Shown here: in pieces, positions 48,301 to 63,000 of the stretch
How the letters are laid out: each line of letters starts with the position of its first letter
Position numbering within the stretch: the stretch's first letter is position 1
Origin: Eledone cirrhosa
Taxonomy: Eukaryota
Length of the DNA: 64,000 nt
Assembly: GCA_964016885.1 (NCBI GenBank)
Contig: OZ024740.1
Span: forward strand, 419,182,001-419,246,000
Direction: 5' to 3'
The notes under the pieces: generated by a model
Seen by the model: only the letters and a program-made list of their open reading frames with translations
What the model was told of the DNA's origin: nothing
Database searches by the model: none
Program-made: the position numbers and the translations under genes

Positions 48301-51300
48301 AAGTTCTTTCAGCACTTGTGTAATATACAGATTTTCTTAAATTTTTTCTTTAAAAATAAGATATCTAAAATAAACTGCACTAAAACTTAGTGGAGGTGTG
48401 TGGCCTAGAGGTAAGGGTGTTGAACTTACAATCATAATATCATGGGTTTGGTTCCTCGATTGGGTTGTGTATTTCATTTCATGTTACTCCAGTACATTTA
48501 GCTGAAAATAAGTACCAGCAATATCTGGGAGTTTAACTCTGCCATGGACTGGCATACTGGCCAGGGGGGAGTCTTGTACTCTCAGCCACTTCATGACACA
48601 GAAACCAGGATAACCACCGGCCTGATGAGCCTCTGAGTTTGGGACAGACTTTAAACACTAAATCTTAAGATTTTCACTACCAACTCTTAGACTACAAATT
48701 TCTTGGTGGTGGTCATGGGGAATTCTAGATTTTGGAATATTGTTTTAGATTGACTAAGGAAAGAAATTAACTCAGCTGAATCTATAGGTTTATGTGTATT
48801 TATTATTTAAAGATATAATCATCTGTAGTGATTTTACCCTTACATCTTTTTAATGTTTTCATTTATTTAATTTTTTTTAAAGATTATTTCAATATACAGT
48901 CTGCCAATAAAATGTATACACACTTGAAGAAAAGATATATATATATCATCATCATCATAATTTAACGTCTATCTTCTACGCTAGCATGGGTTAGACGGGT
49001 TTGTTCCATTTAAGGCAAGTTGGGTCATGTGACCATGTCTCGCTCATATAGGACTGTTTCTGGCTGGTTTTCTACGACTGGATGCCCTTTCTAACGCCAA
49101 CCGCATTTACAGTGTGTGCCGGGTGCTTTTTGCCGTGTCTCCTACACAACCACTATACAGTGTGGACTGGATGTTTTGTGGTACCAGCATAACTTTACAT
49201 AATACATTTCTTGCATCAAGATATCTCAACATGGAAATTCCTATTTTGTATGAGTGTGTATATATATAAAGAGAGAGAAATATATATCTATACAAGTTTT
49301 TCTTTTCCTGAAGTGTGTATTCATTGTTTTGGCAGACTCTAGTTATTCTTATGAGAACAGGATTTGATCATTAAGTCTCAAGACACCTTTGATCTCTTTC
49401 TCCCCTCTAAACCCAGCCTCTACCACATCATCATTGTTTCTACACCTCTTGGTTTATCAGACCTTATTTCAGTCACAATTCTATTGAGGGGTGTACCCTC
49501 TTGGACCCTATGGCATTTCATGTCAGCTCACTGTGCGGAACAGTATGCCAGTTATATGCTAACTATTCTTGGTAGCTGCTCTTCATCATAATACATTAGG
49601 TGTCTGAAACCAAACCATCCTCTTGGGCATGTCCTTCCCTATCCCCCATACTGCCAGAAACGGTTTGCTCATGGCTACACTGCAGCAATTCAAGCAATGC
49701 ATGGTTTAGAGAAAAATCACCTACCTTTATGAACTGGATAGCTTCACCCACAACTCCTGCAAGACCATTGTGTGGAACACGAAAGATATCTCTGTGGGTG
49801 TCACAGTCATCAAGCACTCCTGCCTCCCCAACTGCAGCCAATCCTTTTGGGCCCATGTCAAAAGATTGTCTACCAAATTTATGTAATTCTTCTTCCTTTA
49901 ATTCTTAAACATGATGATTCTGTTAGAAATATTCCTATGTAAAAAAATTTTCATATTTGCTGCCCACTGCATACAACTCCAGACTGCACACACTAAGCAA
50001 ATTCCCCCCCCCCCCCCCTGTCCATTTCCATTCTACCACACATAGCACCACATATATGATATATACATACATGTTAAGTGCAAAAGTACTTCCAGTTCTG
50101 ACAATGTACCTTCTTTTCCTGTGTTCAATGAATAAATTAACCCTTTTGTTACCAAATTACCAATGAAAGACTGCCTATGATTTTTAAACCATTTTGAAAA
50201 TAATCTAGATTTTGGAAAGATTTAGTAATATAATTTTCTCAATTTTAAACTGCTGTTTGGAAGATAACTTCAGCAAAAGTTTTTACAAAATATGATAAAA
50301 TATTTTTAGATAGGTATAATAAGACACAGTTCCAGATTTCATTTGCTTACCAAATGGGGTGGAACTTGTCAAATCGGACGAAGGAAACAATGTTTCCATT
50401 GGTCTTTCCATTGCTGATACTATCTAATGGTCCTGGTGGCAATATATAAACACTTTAAAATAAACAGCTTTGTGTCATAGAACCAGCAGTCGTTTGAGGT
50501 GATTTAATATCAAACAGGGTAGCCCTTTCATTGATATATCTCTAATAAAATATATTATGATTGTCAAATAATTTTGAAAATAATCCAGTATTTGGAAGGA
50601 TTTAGTAAGATAACATTTTCATTTTAAAGCAGGATTTGAAATATAACTGAAACAAAGTTTTTACATGAAATTATGATGAAATGTTTTGGATATAAACACT
50701 TTAAAATAAACAGCTATCATTGAACCAGAGTTGGTTTGAAGTGATATATCAAAAGGGCATCATAGAACCAAGGGTAGTTTCATGCAGTTTGGTATGAGAA
50801 GGGTTAATATAATGTTTTTATTTACATCAGTTGATTTTGTTTATTTAGGTGGAGGCTACACAGAGTATGATAAGAATTGTTGGTCTATCTGCAACATTAC
50901 CAAATTATTTAGATGTTGGACGGTTCCTCAGAGTGAATCCTTCTCTTGGACTCTTTTTCTTTGATGGTAGATTTCGACCAGTCCCTCTGGAACAGAATTT
51001 CGTAGGTAAAGTTGCATTTTAAGTGATAAAAATGTGTTGTTTGAATTAAACAAATGTATTTTACTTTTACAGATTAAATTGGAATCTTCTGAAATATTAT
51101 GCAATGTTTACTAATGTCTAGAATTGAAACACTTGTGTATAATGTATAGGATTGAAACACTCATGTATAATATCTAGGATTGAAACATTTATGTATAACA
51201 TTTAGACTTAAAACACTTATGTATTATATCTAGGACTGAAACACTTATGTACAATATCTAGACTTGAAACATAACATCTAGGATACCTTTCCTATTACCA

Positions 51301-51436
51301 ATTACTAATTGTAAATAATATTTTTTTAATGATATTTTAATGCGAAGACAGCTATCACTCACCAACCATTTTAGTACCCTGTGCAGGGGTCCTCTACAAT
51401 AGTCACATGACTCATTCTATTTCATGTTTGTGTATG

Positions 51437-51479
<43 letters not shown>

Positions 51480-54400
51480 AGGCACATCGCTTAGTGGTTA
51501 GAGCATTAGCTTTGCAATCGAAAGGTTGTGAGTTCAATTCTCAGACTGGGTGATGTGTTGTTTCCTTGAGCAAGACACTTTATTTCACATTGCTCCAGTT
51601 TACTCAGCTGTAGAAATGAGATGATAGGGACTGGGGTCCCTATCATTCCACTGCAAAGTGGTCGTGGAGGTGCCACGGCAAAAAAGCACCCAGCCCACAC
51701 TGTAAATGAGGTTGGTGTTAGGAAGGGCATCCAGCTGTAGAAATCAAGCCAGAATTCCCGTCCCACCCTTGCAAGCAGGGAAAAAGCGGATGTATGATGA
51801 TGATGATGATGATTATATATAATAATAATAATAATAATGAAATTATTGTGTAAAGTGCTCAGGTGCACTACAACTCGTCAATATAGTACATAGAATAATA
51901 CACAAATGTCAGGGAAGTACATGTTTGTATGTGTTAGCTGTAGTGTTGGCGGATCTCGGGAAGCATGGAGGCCTTAAAGGATGCAGTGTCTCGACAGCTA
52001 ACAACTGATGCAGGTAGTTTGTTCCATGCTTCAGCAACTCTGAGCGTGAAAAAATGTTTCCGAAAGTCATGGGAACTGTGGTGTTTTCTTACTTTGTGGG
52101 CATGTCCACGTGTGTTAGACACATGGAAATCGAAAAGGCACTCAGGGTTGTTGTTGGCAACATGGTTAACAATTTTGTGGGTGTTTACCAAGTCAGTTGC
52201 CAGGCGTCGGAGCTTCAATGAATCCATGCCCAGGGAAGCAAGGCGCTCAGAGTATGGTAGATGCCTGATGGAGGGTATTCGCTTGGTTGCACGTCTCTGA
52301 ACAGTTTCCAGGCGGTCAATGTCCTGAGCAAGATAGGGGTTCCAGACTGGTGATGCAAATTCTAAGTGTGGTCGCACCATAGCTGTATACAGCCTTAAAT
52401 AGATATCTGGAGAGCGGCTGACAAAGGTCTTGCTGAGTGATGCTAAGACACCCTCGGCCCTCTAGACAATTTTAGAGACGTGCCTCGTCCAACGCAAATC
52501 GCTGCTGACCGTAATGCCCAGGTCACGTTCACAGGAAGACTTCTTGATATTAGTGCTGTGGAGGGAGTATATACATAGACACGCACACAGTTCACACTGT
52601 ATAGTAGTTGACATTAGGAAAGGCATCCAGCCATAGGAAATAAGCCAGAAACGATTCTGTATGAGCAAGACAGTCACCTAATCTGACTTGTCTCACAATG
52701 GCACAACCCGTCTAACCCATGTTAGTGTGGAAAAATGGACGTTAAACGGTGATGATGAATACTTTCCATGTCATAAATAGCTAAAATGTTGATTTAAAAA
52801 ATAGTTTTTGTAAATCTGTATTTTAGATGAATTTTTTGTTTATATTTTCAAATATTCAAATTTTGTTTATTAATTCATTTAATTAGGAATCAAGTCAATT
52901 AACAAGATGCAACAGTTACAAGATTTTAACACTGTTTGTTATGAAAAAGTCCTTGATCAAGTGAAAAGAGGATACCAGGTAATTTGACTTTCTTAGTTTC
53001 ACGTATGGCAGATCAATGACAATAATATTATTATAACATATGTAATTCTTCTTCATCCACTTATTCCTGAGAGGGTCGTGGGGGCAGAGTCCTCAAACAC
53101 TCCTCCCTCCAGCGGGTCCAGTCAGAAGCAACCATCTCCAATTGATCCAGCTGAATCCCCAAGCAAGACCAATGAAGCTCATGGATGTTATCCAACCATC
53201 TTGCTTGGGGTCTACCTCTGGGTCTCCTGCCAGTTGTTTTTACCCTTAAAGTATGTCCAGTGAATCTTTCTTGAGATATTCTAACCACATGCCTGTAATA
53301 TTGGAGCTGTGATCTCTCAAACTCAGCCAGAAAATATCTAAGATAAATAATTTGTTTAACATTCTGAAAATTTCCTTCCCCATTCCTTCCTGAACTTTGG
53401 TTGTAAATTGTTGTGATTAATATCTTTTCTTTCTTTATATTTATAGGTGATGGTATTTGTCCATGCTCGCAATGAAACTTTACGAACAGCAAAGGTCTTA
53501 AGAGAATTGGCACTAAATAGTGATACTATTCATATGTTTGCACCTCAAGGAAGGAGATCAGGTCTTTCTGTACGTAATATTAATATATTTTTAAAGAAAA
53601 AAAATGTTTTATTAATTTTAATTAATTCTTTTTGTAAACAATGTACAAAGCTAAGAGATCGTACTTTGAAGTGCTGAGAATATAGAATTAATGTAAAGGA
53701 TGATGTGCATATGTGTAGAGATGCTATAAAATAGCTTATAAAATAGGGTGTAGATGGAAAAGGAAGTTGCCATTGGCAGCTATGAGGTTCAATTCCTCAT
53801 AGCTGCCAATGGCAACTTCTTTTTCTGTCTTTTAAGCGTCTTCACCCTATTTTATAAGCTATTTTATTGCAACTCCACACATGAGTACATCATTCTTTAT
53901 ATTAATTCCTTTTATATTTTATGGCCACATGGTTAAGATGTTCACTTTGGAACCACATGGATTTGGGCTCAGTCCCACTGTGTGGCACCTTAGGCAAGTG
54001 TCTTCTACTATAGCCCTCTTCTTCTTGAGTCATCCCTCTTTCAAAGGTGAAGCATTCATTTTGCTTTTTCTAATGGTTAAAATATATGTGGCTTACCACA
54101 CCTGCATAAACATCCATGCCACTGATATTGTCCAAGGGAAAGTCAATGGCTGATACAGCTTGGCATCAGCGACTTCGCAAATCATTTTTACAGCTGAGTG
54201 AACTGGAGCAACATGAAATAAGTGTCTTGCTCAAGGACAACACATCACTTGGTCTATGAATCAAACTTACAACCCCACTGTTGGAAGCCCAACACTCTAA
54301 CTACTAGGGGGTGATTATGCAAGACCTGAGAATTGGTTTATAAATATTCTATAATATATTTTTTCACGCTCAGAGTTGCTGAAGCATGGAACAAACTCCC

Positions 54401-57400
54401 TGCATCAGTTGTTAGCTGTTGAGGCACTGCATCCTTTAAAACCTCCATGGAACAAACTACCTGCATCAGTTGTTAGCTATCGAGGCACTGCATCCTTTAA
54501 AACCTCCATGGAACAAACTACCTGCATCAGTTGTTAGCTATCGAGGCACTGTATCCTTTAAAACCTCCATGGAACAAACTACCTACATCAGTTGTTAGCT
54601 GTCGAGGCACTGCATCCTTTAAAACCTCCATGGAACAAACTACCTGCATCAGTTGTTAGCTGTCGAGGCACTGCATCCTTTAAAACCTCCATGGAACATA
54701 CTACCTGCATCAGTTGTTAGCTGTCGAAGCACTGCATGCTTTAAAACCTCCATGTTTCCTGAGATTCGCCAACACTACACCTAATATTCCCCCTCCATAC
54801 ACACACACACACACACATGTATATCATGACTCATACACTGTTCACTTTCCTGACATTTGTACATTATTTTATACTATACATGCACCTTTGATGAGTTGTA
54901 GTGCACCTTAGCACTGTACACAATAATTCATTATTATTATAATGATTTATATAATTTCTAACTGTTCTGACATTTACACTTATTGTTTGTTTTTTCTTTT
55001 AAATTTCTGAAATATATTTTGTTTTTTCAAAAATATATTGCAGTGTCAGAATTCCCAAAACCGACATCTTCAAGAGTTGTTCCCTGATGGGTTTGGCATA
55101 CATCATGCTGGTATGCTTCGGCAGGATCGTAATTTGGTTGAAAAATGTTTTGCTGAGGGTTCCATAAAGGTTTTAGTTTGTACAGCAACTTTGGCATGGG
55201 GTGTCAATTTACCTGCTCATGCTGTCATTATTAAGGTAAATTATATTACATTTACAATATTTAAATATTTTCTTTAAAAATAAACTTATATCAATTTAAA
55301 GAGGTATTTTATATCAAGATAATTTGTCTTTTCAAATGTTTGAAATTGTTTAAGTATTTAAATTCTTAATATATTTCAAGGCCCAGTACACCTGTAGTGT
55401 GGTTGGTGGTAGGAAGGGAATCCATCCATAGAGAGCTTGCCAAATAAAGGATTTGGAGGACCCTTCAGTTGCGTCAAAGACATGTCAATCTTCCTAGTGT
55501 TGGTGATCTACAAGATAAATGCACCCATTATATGCTGTAAAGTAGACAGACTGTCACGTATTGAGACTAGACTGGTTAGGTGACTGTCTTGCTCGTAAGA
55601 TTTGTTTTAAGTTTGGTTTCTAAGGCTAGGTGCCCTTCCTAATGCCAACCATTTTACAGCTTCTACAGGGAGCATTTTATTGTGTCTCCAGCACCACCAT
55701 CTTACAGGATGGACTGAGTGCTTTTTGTCATGGCACCAGCATTTCTTCATTGCAACACTAGGGTGGGTGCTCAGTGTGTCCTTAATCAGACTCTGGAGGC
55801 ATTGATGGGAGATGGGGTGTGTGTATAAATGAGAGGGCTACCGGCTCTGTGGTACTTGCCTTGTGGTGGGGAGAGACATTCCTGTGTGAGTGAGGAAGTG
55901 CCAAGTCATGGGGTGGCCTTGAGGCATGAGGATGGTGTCTGACATTGTGGGATGTGTCTGACCTTCCATGCTGGCCTAAATGAAGGGGATGCAGGCCAGG
56001 CTATATGCTACTTGCTGGTGGAAGGATCCTACCTTGAGAAAGTGCCAGGTCATAGAGGTGGCCAGCATTGAAACAACTGGTTGGTATTTAACATATTGTA
56101 GGGTGTACCTGGCTTTCTGTGTTGGGATGAAACAAAAAATGGGTCAGTGATGTATGAAGGGAGAAGGGAGACATGTTGGGTGGGAATGATGAATCAGCTT
56201 AGACAATTTGTATAGAGAACCTTTCATTTTCCCTGTCACAGATATAATACATTGTAGAATTTCTCATGACCACAACTTTCCTCGCGTATTACAGCTGACC
56301 GGAATATTTATCTCCCATCTTTCAGATATTTTATGTTTCTAACATAATAGAATATATTTATATTAAACATTGTGAAAAAAAAATGAAATAATTCATAAAG
56401 ATGACATTTCTGTATTTCTACAGGGAACTCAAATATATGATGCGAAGAAAGGATCTTTCATTGATATTGGTATACTGGACGTTTTGCAAATATTTGGGCG
56501 TGCTGGTCGACCGCAGTTTGATACATTTGGCCATGGTACCATTATAACAACTCATGATAAATTGGCTCACTATCTTTCTCTTATGACAAGGCAGAACCCT
56601 ATAGAAAGTCAGTTTATTTCAAGCCTAACGGATAATCTGAATGCTGAGGTAGGTGATCACCGTTTCTATATTTTTCAACTTCATTATATTTGAAATGATA
56701 CTTTTTAAATAATGCCTTGGATTATTAATTAATTGGTGGTGGTGGTGGTGGTGGTGGTGGTGGTGGTGGTGGTGGTGGTGGTGGTGGTGGTGGGGGGGGG
56801 GGAAATTAAGTGTAATTATAAAGTTATTTGTTTTGTTCTTCATCTCGTTACCCCTGGTGGAGTCGTAGGGGTGCCGTATTGACATTCTGTGTTTCCTGGG
56901 CTATTTTTAAGCCTGATGAAGCCCATCTTGTCTCCAGGCCTGACTACAGTAGATTTCTTCCAGAGAAGGATGGAAGGGAGAAAGAGATATCGAGGAAGAA
57001 TTGACCCCAGTACTAGACTGGTACTTTTTTTATCGACCTCAAAAGGATGAAAGGCAAAGGTGACTTCAGTAGGATTTGAACTCAGAGAGCAGAGGGTCAG
57101 AATAAATACTGCAAATCATTCTATCCAAGTTTTAAATAAGTAGTTATATATGTGGTAAATTGTGAGAAATTTCATAAGGATCAAAGAATCAGCTGCACTC
57201 TGATAGGTTTGTGTTCGAACCTGTAGCAGTGGAGACTTGTAGTGTTCTTGGCCCCTAGACCACATCCCTGATCACTGCTATTGTAGCAGAGTTGGCTGCC
57301 TACAGGTGTGAGCCCAGCATGGTGGAGTGGCTCTTCTAGTGCATCTCACTCATCGTCCTCCGGGGCAATAGCTTCTCCATCCTGTCAGCTGAGACCACAA

Positions 57401-60012
57401 TTGCATATTAGGGTAGAAGTAAGGTGGCAGTCTTCAGCCTTCACTACATCCCTGCTCACTGCTATTGGAGCGGAGTTGGCTGCCCACAGGTGCAAGCTAC
57501 GTGAGGTGAAGTGGCTCTTCCTGTGCATCTCCTTCAAGTAGGGTGGCAGTCATCAGAGGAACAGGTTAATAATGTTGGCACACCACACACTCACGCAACA
57601 ATCTAAACTATAATAAAGTAAGAAGCGCGGGACTGCGTACGGTTTATAATTTTTTATCCCATTAGTAAAATAAGTTGGATTACTTTGAATAAATAATGAA
57701 TGAATATTACATAATTTATCTACTAAATTTCGTAGCTGTTGATTAAATATATTTTATTGGTTATTTAAAGATTCACTTCTTTAAAATTTTCAAATGTCAA
57801 CACTTCCGGTTAGCGATCGCTTAAATAAACATTCATATATTTCCATCACTAATTTTCTCCTAATGCAGTTTATATATAATATCTTTTTTTAATGTATCAT
57901 GGATTACGTTACTGATTACATAAGAGTGTAACGCAGTCTTCGTTCAATTTCTGTGTATATTGTCAATTACAATGTTATTTGATGTATCATATCTACATGC
58001 ATGTATACTTGCGTATAATATCAATATGCACATTGCACATGCTAGCAGAAAACTACCTGAAGGGTGGTTTTTCTGCTAGTATGTCTAATAACAAAGATAT
58101 TTTGAATTTCAAGACATTATATATTATATAGATGTTTTAACAACTAAAATATGTTTTATGTTGTGTATTTTGTTGACAAAGTTAATTGTTATTTTCTAGA
58201 TTGCTCTTGGTACAGTTTCTAATGTTGAAGAAGCTGTGAAGTGGCTCAGTTACACTTATTTGTTTGTGAGAATGCGATGCAATCCGATGGCTTATGGGAT
58301 TCCTTATAATAAATTGGAGGTAATTTCATTCTGCTTTATTTTACATTCTATATGTCTGTGTATATTGATAATGATAATAATTGTTTCTACTTTTGGCACA
58401 AGGCCAGCTATTACCCCAGTACATTACTGGTACTTTATTTTATCGACCCCGTGAGGATGAAAGGCAAAGTTAAACTCGGCAAGATTTGAACTCGGACAAT
58501 AAAGGGGCGTAACTCTTTGCTGCAAAGCATGGCGTCTGACCTTCTACTGATACTGCCAATCCACCGCCCTTGAAAATGATAATAATGAAAATTATTGTGT
58601 ACAGTGCTCAGGTGCACTACAATTCATCAAAAGTGCATGTATAGTACATAGAATAATGTACAAATGTCAAGGAAGTGAACACAGTGTATGAGTCATACAG
58701 TCATACACGCACATGAGTGCGTGTGTATGGAGGGGGGGGGGATATCAGGTGTAGTGTTGGTGAATTTCGGGAAGCATGAAAGTTTTGAAGGATGCAGTGT
58801 CTCGGCAGCTAACAACCAATGCAGGTAGTTTGTTCCATGCTTCAGCAACTCTGAGCGTGAACATTTTTTTCAAAAAGTCATGGGAGCTGTGCTGTTTTCT
58901 GATTTTGTAAGCATGTCCATGGGTGTTAGACATGGAGTTCAAAAAGGTGCTTAAGGTTGTTGGAAAGATGGTTAATAATTTTGTGAATACTTGTATAAAG
59001 TATTGTTGTCATTGGATCTTCATCAGGTTTGACAATAAATGTTCTAGTTTCATCAACAGAACAGCTTGCTCATTAATGTGCAAGTGTCTGAGCATTCCAC
59101 AGTCACATGTATCCTTAATATAGTTCTCGGGGAGATTCAGCATTATACAATGTATGACACAGCTGACTCTTTGAATCACTAATGCAACTCATTTTTTCCA
59201 GGTAAGTGAACTGGGGCATCTTGATATATAGTGTTTTGTTCAAGGACCCAACACTCTGCTGGGAATCAAATTTACAATCATATGATTGTGTCAAACACCC
59301 TAACTATTAACCCATGTGCCTTCACAACTTTGACCCTTTCATAATCATATTTCTAATGAAATACACTCTATTTCAATTAATTAATGAAGAATTTTGAGGG
59401 ATTTACTAAAATTAGTAATTATTTCATTACTAAGTAATAGTAACTTAATGTAGGTTTTTTCATAAAATTATGCTGGAAGAATTTAATTTAAATTGGAAAC
59501 CATAAAAATGTGTGGGTTTATTTCATAGAACCAGAACTGGCTTTAGCTGGGTTGGAAACTAAAGGGTTAAACCATTAAAGTATTGTAAAATAGTGTACTT
59601 TATATTGCATGGTATTATAATGTTGTTAGTTTAGTCATAAGACAGCCCTGACCAAGCTAACATATCAGATCAGAAGAATATCAGCCATGGCTATCCCATC
59701 ATATAGGACTACATTACTCAATATGACCTTCATATAAGACTACATTACACAATTTGACCTTCATATAAGACTACATTACACCATTTTATCTTCATATAAG
59801 TCTACATTACTCAATATGACCTTTATATAGGACTACATTACTCAATATGACCTTGATATAGGACTATGTTATTCCAAATGACCATCATTTTTAAGATGGT
59901 AGAGTGTGATTTTAGGGAGATTTTGTTGTTTCTTTCCAGGGACTATGTTGAAAAATAAACCTCATTTGGTCATTCCATGAGAGTATCTTTGTCAGTTTAT
60001 GAACTGTTCAGC

Positions 60013-60043
<31 letters not shown>

Positions 60044-63000
60044 CTAGCAGTGGTACCTGGTGTTGTACGGCGTAAGGTATTTTGGAACGCGGGCCGCCAA
60101 CAGGCCTAATCGTGGAAAAACTGCATGCCTGGACAATATGTAAAGAAAATAAACCGAATACTCTGATGGCTGGATAATCTAAGATTTTCCTCGATGAAGC
60201 AGGAAAAAGGCAGGTTTTCACCTAATGCGGGCCCTAGGCCATAAAAAAGTTGGATTTTCTTTGCTCATGGTATGAAGAAGAGACTGACTAATACATAGTT
60301 ACAATTTCAAGGAAATCGGTTTGACGTAATGCCTCAAAAGACCCCTAAAAACCTGAAAAAAAAACGCAGTTTTTCACCTAATGCGGGCCCTAGGGGATCA
60401 AAAAGTTGAATTTTTTTATGTGCATAACAGTCCCTGAAACATAAGTAATACACATGTAAAGTTTGAAAAAAGTCGATTGGATATTTCTCGAGTTTTAGGT
60501 ATTCAAACTCACAGACACACACACAGACAGGCATCCTCAGGGAAATGACATAATGCAGACATACAGACAGATATTATAAGAGCGCAACATTATATGTATG
60601 TATCTATCTAAAAGAGAAAGACTAAGAATTATCGAGAGAGATCACTAAATCGCCTAATGTGGTCCCTAGGGCATTGAAAATTTGAAAACACTCCCTGAAA
60701 CATAAGTATTACATGTGTAAAGTTTGAAAACAGTCAGTTGGATGGTTCTCGAGTTTTAGGGATTCAAATTCACACACACACACACACAGACAGACATCCT
60801 CAGTTTTATATATATAGATTGTAACAAATTCTGTTAACTTTATTTTGTGATGCCACAAATCTTCTGAATTAAATAATTCGACTAAAATGAATTAATCAAT
60901 TTAAATAATTTCAATATTGCAGGAGGACCCTAATCTATATTTGTACCGGAAAAAACTGGTCTATGATGCAGGGCGTAATCTAGACAAAACTCAAATGATT
61001 CGTTTCAATGAAGTAACGGAACACTTTTCTTCAACAGATCTTGGAAGAATTGCTAGTCATTTCTATATTAAATATGCTACAGTGGAGGTAATGTTTGATT
61101 TAATTGAAATCTTTGATGAATTTTTTCTCTATATAAATGTACTAGCAGCCATACCTGGCCTTACCTAGGTTTTTTTTTTTTTTTCATCATTTCACGTCCA
61201 CTTTTCCCTGCTTGCAAGGGTGGGACGGGGAACTGATTCTGGCTTGATTTCTACAGCTGGATGCCCTTCCTAACACCAACCTCATTTACAGTGAGTGCTT
61301 GGTGCTTTTTTGCCGTGGCACCTCCACGTCCACTTTGCAGTGGGATGATATGGACCCTCAGTCCCTATCATCTCATTTCTACAGCTGAGTAAACTGGAGC
61401 AATGTGAAATAAAGTGCCTTGCTCAAGGAAACAACACATCACCCGGTCTGAGAATTGAACTCACAACCTTTCGATTGCAAGGCCAATGCTCTAACCACTA
61501 AGCCATGTGCCTCCATTACTTAGGTTATTTAATACAATTTTTCCAACTATAAAAATTTAAACGTAGTTGGTGTTAGGACAGGCATCCAGCTGTAAAAATC
61601 ACAGCTGAACATGGTACGGTGTGACCAACTGGCCAGACTTGTCTCATGACGTGGGTGACCTGTCTAACCTATGCTAGCATGGAAAAATAGACGTTAAACA
61701 GTGATGATGATGATGAAAATGTTTCGGTTGACAGTGTTTTGAGTAACGAACACACAAGCCAGCAACAATGGTTGGTAACAAGCTGGAAGTATCAGTGGGA
61801 AAGCTGTGTAGTTAGTGACTATGGTGATATCTATCTCTCTTTCACACAGTCTCTCTCATTGTCTCTCACATTTTGTATGGGAAAAATAGTTTCAGGTGAC
61901 AAATGGCTTTCAGGAATGAATTAAGTTTGTGAACCAAGGTTCCACTCTACCTAAAATTGATATAATCACATGAATTTACAATATCTAAAAAGATGCTGAC
62001 AATCTTTACTTGGTTTGGGAATGTTGACTCAGAATTGTTACCTCCATCAATTAAGAAGGTGGTTCAAACTGAGCTTTATAAAAAATGTACATAAAAATAA
62101 ACCAATATAGAACCTAAAGTAAAATTTTACTCCTACATCTTTTTTACTGCTATTTTTTTAATCAAACTATTTCAGTAATTTATATGATTATTCTATGAAT
62201 TATCTAATCAATAATTTTATCAAACATCTATTGGCATGTTTGAGGATATACAATATTCTTTAGTTGTTTTCTGTTTGGAACTAAACAGATTAAATTTCAG
62301 AAAGAAATCAAACAATGTATAAAACTATTGATAGGAATTGAATGTTTTAATTCTTAAATTTTCAGTTTTATTTGCTGTCTTCAATAGTAACTTGGTTATC
62401 TTGGGTGTGACATTTCTGTAGATGTTAACACAAGAACCAACAGTTATTTCAATAAAACTATATTAACAATGAATATCTGAAAGATGTTATTCAGTTATCT
62501 ATTTTTAAAAAAAGATGGTAAAGAGTTGCCACAGTCCCTTAGTTTAATGGTTTAACCCTTTAGCATTTGCATTACTCTATATGTACTATTGTATTTTCTC
62601 AGTAAAGGCTTTACCTCATAATTATTTCACATAATATTGAATCTATGAGATTTTGATGTTATATATTTTGAGAAAAATACCTTAACATGAGTATGAGGGG
62701 CCAGTTACAGCCAGTTTGAACAGAAAGAGGTGAGAGAATTCTGGCCGGTTTGAATGCTAAAGAATTAAAGCACCTAGCCGGTATCTGGGAGATATGGGGT
62801 TCAATTCCTCATAGCAGCCAATGGCAACTTCTTTTTCCATCTTTTAAGGGTCTCCACCCTATTTTGTAGCATCTTTTCCCTTGAGCACATCATCCTTTAT
62901 ATTAACTATGTTAACAATATTCACATTATGAATTAACTTATAATTGAAATTAAAAAGAATTCTAATGAAATATTTTTACTTTGTTTCAGACTGTAAATGA

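Noticed and set aside
48596-48645. CTGATGAG with nearby GAAA as a hammerhead (also at about 1165 and 26705)
   Set aside because: It is the 3' part of the V-type SINE. GAAA precedes the core and no stem II/III arrangement could be drawn.
49340-49910. Nested gene in an ASCC3 intron (ORFs 49596-49856, 49600-49908; similar GC-richer patch at 55750-56190)
   Set aside because: No coherent splice structure or recognisable domain. It may be a decayed L1/Tx1-like fragment, but it is too degenerate to call.
51478-51560. tRNA genes at SINE heads (also 1360-1430, 19820-19890, 39465-39535)
   Set aside because: A/B boxes are present but no complete cloverleaf was found, and each continues into a SINE body.
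44520-56693. SNRNP200/Brr2 or a bacterial helicase as the identity of the helicase ORFs
   Set aside because: The ORFs are spliceosomal exons, and the N-terminal LPRL..ALR.FSNV and YGCQVT motifs fit ASCC3.
56625-56885. Poly-His ORF; likewise the poly-Leu/Thr/Ala ORFs at 63637-63950 and the poly-SL ORF at 1368-1739
   Set aside because: Microsatellite translations within introns.
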